DNA of 64,000 bases from Acidilobaceae archaeon (GTDB taxonomy: Archaea > Thermoproteota > Thermoprotei_A > Sulfolobales > Acidilobaceae). Shown here one piece after another: positions 48,359 through 56,688 of the stretch. The stretch spans positions 96,001 to 160,000 of the forward strand of contig JAWAWX010000001.1 in the NCBI GenBank assembly GCA_038897215.1. The letters are read 5' to 3'. The position numbers were made by a program, and so were the translations under genes. The notes beneath the pieces are model-generated. The model did not search any database and was not told the origin of the DNA. It saw only the letters and a program-made list of their open reading frames with translations. How positions within the stretch are numbered: position 1 is the stretch's first letter; the number at the start of each line of letters is the position of its first letter.

Positions 48359-48805
48359 GTGCAGCTCACGAAGAGACAGATAGAAGTGCTAAAGCTGAGG
48401 TCTGAGGGGCGTAGTCAGAGAGAGGTAGCGAGAATCCTCGGGACATCGAGAGAGAACATAGCCATCCTCGAGAGCCGGGCTCTGAAGAACGCTGAGAGAG
48501 CCCTAAAGACGCTGCAACAGTACCTAAGAGCGGTTTCAGCTTTCTCGGAGACTCTGAAAGCAGGGGAGAGAGTGGAGGAGGCCTCGAGGAGGGTTCTCGA
48601 GAGAGGGAACGAGCACAGAGTGAGGCTCAAAACCCCCCTTCCCGAGCTAGAGGAAGTCTTCAGAGCTCTGGGAGGAGATAGCGGGAGGATAGAGAAGCCC
48701 CTCGAGGTCTTCGTGCTGAGAGACGGGAGCATAGTAGTCATCCCAGCAGACATCAAGGCGCTCAGAGCGGCTAGAGCGAAGCCTGGTGGGCCCGCGGGGA
48801 CTTGA
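48359..48805 (+). CDS. tfx: Tfx family DNA-binding protein
   Basis: LTKRQIEVL.LR..G.SQ.EVA..LGTSR.NI..LE.RA. Confidence 0.88.
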   Translation: MQLTKRQIEVLKLRSEGRSQREVARILGTSRENIAILESRALKNAERALKTLQQYLRAVSAFSETLKAGERVEEASRRVLERGNEHRVRLKTPLPELEEVFRALGGDSGRIEKPLEVFVLRDGSIVVIPADIKALRAARAKPGGPAGT

Positions 48806-48860
48806 ACCCCGGACCTCCGCCGTGTCAGGGCGGCGTCCTGCCAGGCTAGACGACGGGCCC
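48784..48860 (-). tRNA. tRNA-Val(GAC), intronless, CCA encoded
   Basis: GGGCCCG/CGGGCCC acceptor stem; CCGCC-CT-GAC-AC-GGCGG; TTCAAGT; TTTATTA box about 30 nt upstream. Confidence 0.97.
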
Positions 48861-48959
48861 CCATCAGCTCCTGCGGCTTGTGGGTCTAATAAATCTTTAA
48901 CGGCCACTCTGGGGGAGCCCCCCGGGGAGGGCTGGAGCGTTCTCCCGGGTGTGGTGCTG

Positions 48960-49865
48960 GTGAGCGGTGGGCAGCTCGAGAGGCTGGCGTTCAGGTTTTG
49001 CCGCGACGAGCTCAATGCCTACACTGTCTACCGGGAGCTCTCTCGCGTAGAGAGAGACCCGGAGCTTAGAGAGGCTCTAGCTAGAGCTGCTGAGAGAGAG
49101 CTTGCTCACTACGAGTTCTGGAGGAGTCTAGCTGGCGGAGACTGCGGGAGCGTTGATAGGGTCAAGGTCGGCCTAGTCCTGCTGTCTCGCAGACTCCTGG
49201 GTCTAGTCTTCGCTCTCAGGCTTCTCGAGAGGAGCGAGAGAGAGGCTACTAGAGGGTACAGAGCAGTAGCCGAGATGCTGCCGGAGAGCGCGAGGAGCAA
49301 GCTCGAGGAGATCGTGAGAGACGAGGAGGAGCACGAGGAGGCCTGGGTTAGAGCTATAGCCAGAGAGGAGAAGATAGTGAGGTACCTCGGCTTCGTGGCC
49401 CTAGGAGTAGCGGACTCGATAGTAGAGCTGACCGGGGTCTTCGCAGGGTTCCTGGGAGCGACGGCTAGCACTGAGGCAGCAGGCCTAGCAGGGCTAGTAG
49501 TAGGGGTCGCTGCCGCTCTCTCTATGTCGGGAGCCGCGTACGCTCAAGCAAAGCACGAAGCAGAGGGCAGAGTAAGCCCTCTAGCCTCAGCTATAGTCAC
49601 AGGGCTATCCTACATCATAGTGGTCGCTCTCCTGACAGCACCCTACTTGCTCCTAGACAGCGTGCTCGCAGCACTAGTAGCCTCCCTAGCCGTGGCCACG
49701 GCTCTAGTCGCGTCCTTCACTCTGTATTCTAGCATCATCAAGAACACTGACTACGCGAGAGACCTGGCGGAAACTCTTGCGGTGATGGCTACGACCATAG
49801 TAGTAGCCTACATCGTAGGCCACGCTCTAGGAGAGCTACTAGACCTCCCGAGAACCCCGCTCTGA
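48960..49865 (+). CDS. Rubrerythrin/ferritin-like domain fused to VIT1/CCC1 iron exporter (MbfA-like); start near 48951-48960
   Basis: E..H (ELAH, EEEHE) di-iron helices; LGVADSIVELTG and AAALSM; the ORF-track N-terminus overlaps tRNA-Val and is spurious. Confidence 0.88.
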   Translation: MSGGQLERLAFRFCRDELNAYTVYRELSRVERDPELREALARAAERELAHYEFWRSLAGGDCGSVDRVKVGLVLLSRRLLGLVFALRLLERSEREATRGYRAVAEMLPESARSKLEEIVRDEEEHEEAWVRAIAREEKIVRYLGFVALGVADSIVELTGVFAGFLGATASTEAAGLAGLVVGVAAALSMSGAAYAQAKHEAEGRVSPLASAIVTGLSYIIVVALLTAPYLLLDSVLAALVASLAVATALVASFTLYSSIIKNTDYARDLAETLAVMATTIVVAYIVGHALGELLDLPRTPL

Positions 49866-49924
49866 AGATGCGACGGAGAAGAGATATAGGCGAGTGCGGC
49901 GCTAACGCGAGCCGGGCGAGGGCT

Positions 49925-50551
49925 CTGACAGCCCGCCGGCAGGCTGGCCTCGAGGAGGCTAGAGTGCTCGGAATAGCCGGGGTGGCGCTAATCCTCCTCG
50001 GAGGCTTTCTAGCCATCGCTCCCCGCATCGGTCTCCTTCTAGGCCTCGGAGTCGTGGTTGCAGGTACTGTGCTACTAGTTCTGGCTTTCTGGGAGATCTC
50101 GAGGCTCTACGGTAGACCCGACATACTCAGGAACACGGTAGCGTCGATCACGTTAAGCCTTCTAGCGGGCGCTGTCGAGAGCCTCGCTCTGCTCCTCGTT
50201 CTAGGCCTCTTTCCGACGCTGAGAGATGGCGGAGAGCCCGCTGGCGCTAGCGCCACCGCGGCGACACTGCTCCCCTACCTGCTCGGCTGGGCCACTGGGG
50301 TAGCCGCAGCCTTCTTCTTCTACAAGGCTGTAGCGGCCACAGCGGAGCTCACGGGCAACAGCGTCTTCAAGCTATCCGGACTCGCATACGTCGCTGGAGC
50401 AGTACTCCCGATAGTGCTACTCGGGCATAACGTAATATCCACGATAGCCATGATGTTGTTGCTAGTAGCGTTCTTCACGCTAAAGCCGGCCCGAGCGCAA
50501 CCCACTCTCGCGAGCTCAGCAACCCCCGGCTCTCTCCCGCCTTCACCATAG
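49925..50551 (+). CDS. DUF996 family membrane protein (probable CTG start)
   Basis: LEEAR..G..G, ISRLYGRPDI, TGNSVF..GLAY..GA and VAFF.L. Confidence 0.8.
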   Translation: MTARRQAGLEEARVLGIAGVALILLGGFLAIAPRIGLLLGLGVVVAGTVLLVLAFWEISRLYGRPDILRNTVASITLSLLAGAVESLALLLVLGLFPTLRDGGEPAGASATAATLLPYLLGWATGVAAAFFFYKAVAATAELTGNSVFKLSGLAYVAGAVLPIVLLGHNVISTIAMMLLLVAFFTLKPARAQPTLASSATPGSLPPSP

Positions 50552-50582
50552 CAGAGCGAGAGCTCCTCAGACGCGCCGTAGC

Positions 50583-52064
50583 TCAGCCAGAGCTCAGCTC
50601 TACTAGAGCCTCTAGGGCTCCGTAGACGCTCGCGCTCGAGTAGTTGTAGTGTAGCTCTAGGTAGAGTGTGCAGGTAGCTAGCACGTACGTCTCAGCAGTC
50701 ATCAAGACTCTCCCGGCTCTAGCACCGGGGGCTGGCTTGAAGAGTAGAGGCTCTGTCTCCGAGGGGTCGATGACGAGGCCTCCGCTTACCCAGTAGATTC
50801 TAGCTTCTCTAGCTACGTGAGTCTGATTGGTTAAAGTCAACTCTATAAAGTATATGGGTCTCGTGCAGTAAGCCCCCATTATTACCAGCTTGCCGACGAA
50901 GGGAGCGCTTAGACTCGAGTAAACGTCGAGTATGGGTCCTTCGAAGCGCAGATAGAGCTCGTAGACGTCTCCACCAAGTAACACACTCGAGTGCACGGAG
51001 TACTCGTAGCCGTCGCAAACCACTCTAACCATGGCGTCCGCTAGAGCACTGTTCTCCAAGAACACTCTAGCTACCCCTGTCTCGTCGACGTGACTCCAGC
51101 CCACGAGCCTCCCAGCCGAGTCGTAGACGTAGACATCGCAGCAGTAAGCCAGACCCCTGACTATCAAGACTTCGAGAGAAGAGCTCCACCCAACCATCCT
51201 GAAGACCGCCGAGGGCCTGTTCCTGATCTGGTAGACTCCTAGACCGAACGTGTCCAAGCCCTGAATAGGTCTCGCGTCAACAGCCTCGATTGAGGCGACC
51301 AGCCTCCCTCCCCCCGTCATGTTGTAGAGCCACGCTCTGATGTGGAGCGAGCCGTCGGGGCGAGCTAGGAGCTGTAGCGATATGACGAACCAGACCCCAG
51401 TTACTCTAGCGGGGATCCTGACGTCGTACAGTGTCGGGGGCACGGGCCCTCCGGGCTCGCGTCGAGTGGCTCCAGTGTACTTGTATATCCCGAAGAACCA
51501 GCCCGTGCCGTTGTTCTTGATTCCAGCCATGTAGTAGTAGCGGTTGGCGCTGTTCAAGAAGACCACCCCCCTGATGCCGTCTATAGGAGAGCCCCCGTCG
51601 TCCGTCTTCATCAGGAAGGACACGGTCGTATTCAGCGGGTACACTCTATCCCTGTAGGCTAGCAGGCAGCCAGAATAGCCATTCAGAGAAGGGTTGCCTG
51701 TGACGTATATCCCGACTCCATCGCTCGTATAGCTATAGAAGCACCCTATCCAAACCAGCTCCGTGAAGTACCCTCTCGCGATATCGGGGTTAGTGAGGTC
51801 CAAAGCGACCCCGGACCTCTCGAGTAGCCTCAAGCCAGCTTCTCTCAGAGAGACTCTCACCACAGCGTACGTCTTGTGCCTGTAGAGCTCCACCTCGACG
51901 CCGCCGTACCCCGGGTCCTCGAACCAGACCACGGGGGGCGCGATCTCGACAACCCCCTTCTCGAACCTGTACGCGAAAACCCCGGCTAGCACGGAGACCA
52001 GCGCAGCAGCCGCCAGCACTGCAGCCATCAGAGCCCTCGGGAGGCTCAACGCTCCAGAGCCCAA
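50583..52064 (-). CDS. Hypothetical secreted/surface beta-rich protein (TTG start near 52064)
   Basis: Signal/TM segment; Tyr/Gly/Trp-rich beta strands; several NxS/T sites; GGAGGG SD. Confidence 0.75.
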   Translation of the reverse strand: MGSGALSLPRALMAAVLAAAALVSVLAGVFAYRFEKGVVEIAPPVVWFEDPGYGGVEVELYRHKTYAVVRVSLREAGLRLLERSGVALDLTNPDIARGYFTELVWIGCFYSYTSDGVGIYVTGNPSLNGYSGCLLAYRDRVYPLNTTVSFLMKTDDGGSPIDGIRGVVFLNSANRYYYMAGIKNNGTGWFFGIYKYTGATRREPGGPVPPTLYDVRIPARVTGVWFVISLQLLARPDGSLHIRAWLYNMTGGGRLVASIEAVDARPIQGLDTFGLGVYQIRNRPSAVFRMVGWSSSLEVLIVRGLAYCCDVYVYDSAGRLVGWSHVDETGVARVFLENSALADAMVRVVCDGYEYSVHSSVLLGGDVYELYLRFEGPILDVYSSLSAPFVGKLVIMGAYCTRPIYFIELTLTNQTHVAREARIYWVSGGLVIDPSETEPLLFKPAPGARAGRVLMTAETYVLATCTLYLELHYNYSSASVYGALEALVELSSG

Positions 52065-52305
52065 AACACAGCCCTCCAGCAGCACGCAAACCCAGCGATA
52101 CCACTTTAACACCACGGTGCATGCTATAAAGCGTTATAGTCAGCCCCGGAGACCCTCCGCCTCGACGAAGACCAGAGCACGAGCCTCCAAAGTCAGGCTC
52201 CTAGACTCCCTAGCCGGCATCGGGAGCATTCCTCTCGAAGTGGTCAGGCTAGGCTTGGAGGAACTTGCCGCCGTAGAATGGCTTCTTGTAGCGTGCGTAT
52301 TCCTC

Positions 52306-52610
52306 AAAGTGGTCCTCGAGTACCCGAAGACGCGGGCAGAGAAGGGCAATACGGTATTAGAAGCGTTGACCCGAGGGCGGGTGAAGAGAGATACATGGGG
52401 GTGAAGGGGCGCGGGGGGCTCGATATCGAGGTCGAGCTGACCGAGGCTGAGTACGAGTTCGGGAGGAGGGCGGGCGAGAAGTGCTGGCTCTACGTGGTCT
52501 ACGGGGTCTCGACGGGCAAGCCTGGGCTCTTGGCGATTAGAGACCCGGTGAGGAGAGCCGGGTGGGAGCCTGTGGGGGCTCTGCGTTACAGGCTTGTGGG
52601 GTTGTCCTAG
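52306..52610 (+). pseudogene. DUF3883 (NO VEIN C-terminal PD-(D/E)xK) domain remnant
   Basis: YGIRS..ERYMGVKG..ELT..EY..WLYVVY pattern with catalytic D and E changed to G; frameshift after KVVLEY; no upstream helicase. Confidence 0.8.
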
Positions 52611-53437
52611 TCTTGCTCGAGGATCTCCTTCTCTAGCCTTCTGAGGTATAGTCTCCCGTTCTCGCTTATGGCGTACTGGTCCTTGTCGACGCGTCTTATG
52701 TAGTTTCCCGACTTGAGGCGCCATATGGCCCACCTTATGTGAGACTTCCATCTCGCGATGCCGCTCTTCGTCTTCTCCAAGTCTGTCTCGGCTAGCTCTA
52801 CCAGCTGGCTCACCCTATCGATTATCTCTCTTCTACTCATAGGCTTGCTCGACTCGAAGAGCGTCTTCAAAACCAGGTACTCAGCCTTCTTCGAGTTAAG
52901 AGGCCCCTTGAGCCTCCCGGCTCCGAGCGTGCCCGCAGCCCGGACCTCGAGCACGACTCCTAGAGCCTTGGTGTTAGCTATGGTGAGCGATTTGAGCGCC
53001 ACGACCTCTGGGTCTTCTTCTACTATACTCCATCTACATACCTCCCTCTCTCTCAGAGAAGCCTCTCTTAGCGCGTCGAGCACGACCCACGTGTCCCCGT
53101 CAGTTACGATCGCGTACCTTACTCCGGCTCGGGAGGAGTGCCTCAGCTTCTCTTCGATGACCTTCTCCGTTATCCCGCCTAAACGCACCACCTCGATGAA
53201 GGCTCTCGGCCTCCCGCCACGTTTAAGAGCATAATCCACCCTGCCGCCCTCTACGCCGTAATCCGGCTCCACCTCCTCGGGGTTCTCTAGGTCCCAGCCT
53301 AGGGACCTCAGCAGTGGGTCTACGAGAACGTACCGAACCAGCGTCTCGCTCTTCGCCAACTTGTCCCGATGCTCTCCTACCCTTCTCTTGAGCTCGCTGA
53401 CGATGCCCGCTATCTCTGTGAGGCAGACCTCGCGCAT
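52607..53437 (-). CDS. HsdR_N-like PD-(D/E)xK domain fused to Mrr_N winged-helix; catalytic Lys absent
   Basis: DPLLRSLGWD..NP.EV, GRVDYAL, IEVVR and TDG..W; C-terminal KTKSG..RW...IRWA...L. Confidence 0.85.
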   Translation of the reverse strand: MREVCLTEIAGIVSELKRRVGEHRDKLAKSETLVRYVLVDPLLRSLGWDLENPEEVEPDYGVEGGRVDYALKRGGRPRAFIEVVRLGGITEKVIEEKLRHSSRAGVRYAIVTDGDTWVVLDALREASLREREVCRWSIVEEDPEVVALKSLTIANTKALGVVLEVRAAGTLGAGRLKGPLNSKKAEYLVLKTLFESSKPMSRREIIDRVSQLVELAETDLEKTKSGIARWKSHIRWAIWRLKSGNYIRRVDKDQYAISENGRLYLRRLEKEILEQD

Positions 53438-53679
53438 GACTACCGCCTTCTAGCGAAGCGACCTCGTAGGCGGCAGCGAGCCCCCCGTTGGCAGTGATGC
53501 TCTGCGGCTTTAAGGCTCTCCACGGCATCCGGGCTTCTGCGAGTAGAGAGCATCTCGGGGGCAGCGTGCCCGAGCCGGGCTCGGCTATCCTCCAGGGGGC
53601 TCACAGCGCGAGCCCCGTGTGCCGGGCTCTCAGATAAAGCCGTTGGTCTTCCAGCGAGGTAGCCTGAGGTGGCTCTGGC

Positions 53680-56274
53680 GTGCTCAGAGCTCTCCTATCA
53701 GCGCTCCTGCTCCTAGCCGTCGTGGCCGCCTCCCTGCCCCCTGTGGCTGCTGCGAGCGAGAGCTGGCTCGGTAGAGAGGAGCTGCGAGCGTTCCTCCGAG
53801 AGGAGCCCAGCGGGGGCTCCCGCAGGCTCATAGTGCTGGGGAGCGCTGGCCTCGAGAGAGCTCTCGAGCTAGTCGAGCTTAGAGGAGGCAGGGTTCTCGA
53901 GAGGTTCGAGCTGCTCGGAGGAGCAGTGGTTGAGGCTGACGAGCTCACCGAGGCTCTCCTCAAGTCTCTAGGCTTCAGAGTCTACCAGGACAGAGTCCTC
54001 GGACTCGTGAGACCCCTGAGGCCCCCCGCGGCGTTAGAGCCGTATCTCAGCGCGGGCGCTCCAAGCATAGGAGCCCCCATCGCTTGGAGCATGGGGTTCG
54101 ACGGGAGCGGCGTCAGGGTAGCCGTCGTAGACACGGGCGTCGAGAACAGCCACCCGTGGCTAGTCAGAGGCGGAGCTAGCGTCGTCAAGTGGGAGGCGGA
54201 CGCCACGAGGACGGGCGTGGTAGACTACTGCGGCTTCAGAACAGGCTTCCACGAGGGGGGAGTCCACGGGACCCACGTGGCTGGCATCATCGCCAGCCAG
54301 CACCCCGCCTACCGGGGGGTGGCTCCCGGAGTCGACATCTACGACATCATAGTGTTCTCCGAGGAGCTGGGCTGCCTCTACACCTACGAGTCGATAGTAA
54401 TCGCTGGGATAGCGCTAGCGCTCCTGGGCCCCGACGGGGTCCCCGAGACCGGAGACGAGGCTGACGTGATCAACCTGAGCCTAGGCTTCATAGCCCCGCC
54501 GTGGCTTCAGCACGCGATCAAGGAGGGAGCAGTGAGGCTAGCCATCATAGACGTCCTCGAGGAAGCGGTGAGGCGAGGCAAGATAGTCGTGGTCGCTGCG
54601 GGCAACGCCTACGGGCTGAACATGGTCAACGCTCTATGCCTAGCAGAGGGGGTGATATGCGTGGGGGCGTCGAGCCACATGGGGACCCCCCACCCTGGAG
54701 ACGACGTGCTCGCGTGGTTTAGCTCTAAGGGCCCAGGCCCTCTCGGGTCGCTTCTGCCCCACGTCGTCGCCCCGGGGGTCTACATCTACTCCTCTGTGCC
54801 CACTGCTCTAGGCGTAGAGGGAGACCTCCTCAGCGGCACCTCTATGGCTGCGCCCTTCGTGTCGGGAGCAGCGGCTATACTGGTGAGCTACTACAGGTCC
54901 ATGGGGCTCTCCTGGTCTCCTCTGGTCGTGAGAGCTGCTCTCGCGCAGACGGCTATCGACGTGAGGCCGCAGAGCATAGACTCTCTCTGGCTCTTGCCGG
55001 ACGACGTGAAAGAACTCCTCAGACCCTACGTCCCGGAGCCTCCGGTAGCGACTCCAGCAGACCAGGGAGGAGGCCTCGTCCAAGTCCACTCGGCTATGTC
55101 GGCTGAGGTGCTCATCCTCTCCCCCGAGGGAGACCAGGCGATCGCGGTGACCAGGCCCGGGTTGGTTGCTCTAGAGCTCTACGCTCTCAACACGGCCGGC
55201 GAGAGAGTAGTCTTGGAGGCATCCGGGGTGGTGGAGCTCATCGAAGTCCACTCGCTCAACCGCAGAGTCTCCGGGGTGGTGGAGCCGAGCAGAGTGGAGA
55301 TACAGCCGGGCCGCTCTGCAGCGCTGAGGCTACTGGTCTCGGTAGACAGGCCCGGAGTCTACGCTGGCTACGTGAAGCTAGCGAGCGCAGAGTCGGGCAG
55401 AGTCTACAGAGTGCCAGTGCTCGTAGCAGTGTACTTCGTGATAGACCGTGATACTGCCCTAGTTCAGGAAGACCTGGTGCTAATGACTAGAGACGCGTGG
55501 GACGTGGTCAACGTGTATCTCAGAGTAGCGTACGCTCCGAGAGCCGGGCTCGCCGCGGTCACGCTCTCGTTCCCGCCGGTCTCCACGACGCCCCCCACTG
55601 TTGTAGCGATCACTGCCCCCTCGGGCTGGCACGCCTACGCCTACGGCTCGGCAGGCGTCTTCCCCCTGGCGGAGCCCGGGGTGCACGTCGTCAGCGTGTT
55701 CCACCCCGTCTCGATACACCCGCCGCTGGTCGAGAGCAGGCTGGTAGTAGCCCCCCACGACCCGGCCGGTCTCGCTGAGAGAACGCGGCTGCTAGAGAGT
55801 AGACTCGCGTCTCTCGAGACAGCGCTGAGCGCCCTAGAGCTCTCGCTGAGAACGCTGAGGAGCCATGTAGACTCTCTCAGAGCAGAGCTCGACAGCGTTA
55901 GAGCCGACGTGGCTAGAGTCAGCGCTGCGCTCGAGAAAGCCAGAGAGTCGTTGAGCGCCCTAGAGAGCCAGCTAGCGGCAGCCAGGAGAGACCTGGACGC
56001 TCTGAGAAGCCAGCTAGCCGCTCTAGACAAGGCCCTGAGCCAGAGGCTGGAGGAGAGCGCGGCTAGAGTGAGCGCTCTAGAGGCTCAAGCGGGAGAGCTG
56101 CGAGCCGCCATACTAGAGCTCGAGAAAAGAGCAGAGAGCCTCACGAGCGAGCTAGAAGAGACCAGGAGCCAGCTCTCGGCTACTAGCATCGCGTCCTACG
56201 CGGCTCTAGCGCTGAGCATAGCCGGGCTAGCGGTCGCGACAGCCTCTCTACTGCTACGTAGAAAGGCTGCCTAG
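53680..56274 (+). CDS. Membrane-anchored S8 subtilisin-like serine protease with coiled-coil stalk
   Basis: Signal peptide; catalytic triad VDTG / HGTHVAG / GTSMAAP; oxyanion AAGN; about 19 heptads, TM helix and RRK tail. Confidence 0.93.
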   Translation: MLRALLSALLLLAVVAASLPPVAAASESWLGREELRAFLREEPSGGSRRLIVLGSAGLERALELVELRGGRVLERFELLGGAVVEADELTEALLKSLGFRVYQDRVLGLVRPLRPPAALEPYLSAGAPSIGAPIAWSMGFDGSGVRVAVVDTGVENSHPWLVRGGASVVKWEADATRTGVVDYCGFRTGFHEGGVHGTHVAGIIASQHPAYRGVAPGVDIYDIIVFSEELGCLYTYESIVIAGIALALLGPDGVPETGDEADVINLSLGFIAPPWLQHAIKEGAVRLAIIDVLEEAVRRGKIVVVAAGNAYGLNMVNALCLAEGVICVGASSHMGTPHPGDDVLAWFSSKGPGPLGSLLPHVVAPGVYIYSSVPTALGVEGDLLSGTSMAAPFVSGAAAILVSYYRSMGLSWSPLVVRAALAQTAIDVRPQSIDSLWLLPDDVKELLRPYVPEPPVATPADQGGGLVQVHSAMSAEVLILSPEGDQAIAVTRPGLVALELYALNTAGERVVLEASGVVELIEVHSLNRRVSGVVEPSRVEIQPGRSAALRLLVSVDRPGVYAGYVKLASAESGRVYRVPVLVAVYFVIDRDTALVQEDLVLMTRDAWDVVNVYLRVAYAPRAGLAAVTLSFPPVSTTPPTVVAITAPSGWHAYAYGSAGVFPLAEPGVHVVSVFHPVSIHPPLVESRLVVAPHDPAGLAERTRLLESRLASLETALSALELSLRTLRSHVDSLRAELDSVRADVARVSAALEKARESLSALESQLAAARRDLDALRSQLAALDKALSQRLEESAARVSALEAQAGELRAAILELEKRAESLTSELEETRSQLSATSIASYAALALSIAGLAVATASLLLRRKAA

Positions 56275-56369
56275 CGCCCTCCCCCAGCAGTGGGGGGCTC
56301 GGGGCTCTCCCTCTCTCCAGCGATACTCTCAGCTAGCCTGAGCGCTCTAGCCAGCGGAGAGCTCTCCTC

Positions 56370-56570
56370 CTAGCGTCTCTTCGGTATGGTGAAGACCGAC
56401 TCTCTGCCCCTAGGCGAGGTCCCCTCGTAGAGTCTGAACCTGCTCCCGCAACGCGGGCACTCGAGCATCCTCACAGTGTAGAATCTGAACCTCCAGGGGC
56501 TCCTCACCAGCTTGAAGGACTCGAGAGAGCTCTCGAGACCACACTTGGGGCACGTGACGGTCGAGACCAA
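56370..56570 (-). CDS. Small basic zinc-ribbon protein
   Basis: CPKCG...CPRCG; GGAGG SD before TTG. Confidence 0.75.
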   Translation of the reverse strand: MVSTVTCPKCGLESSLESFKLVRSPWRFRFYTVRMLECPRCGSRFRLYEGTSPRGRESVFTIPKRR

Positions 56571-56688
56571 GCTCTCCCAGCCTCCTCGAGGGGCTCGCTC
56601 GAGTGATCGCTGTGAGGACCCTAATAGCTTTGCTGTAGTCTCACTGCTCGTAGCCCCTGTTAACCGGGGGGTTAACGGCTCTGAGCGC

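Noticed and set aside
48786-48950. N-terminal extension of the VIT1 ORF and antisense ORFs across tRNA-Val
   Set aside because: They overlap the tRNA gene and its promoter; the real start is near 48951-48960
52140-52751. 203-aa minus-strand ORF
   Set aside because: Pro/Arg/His-rich shadow of the DUF3883 relic, overlapping the Mrr-like gene
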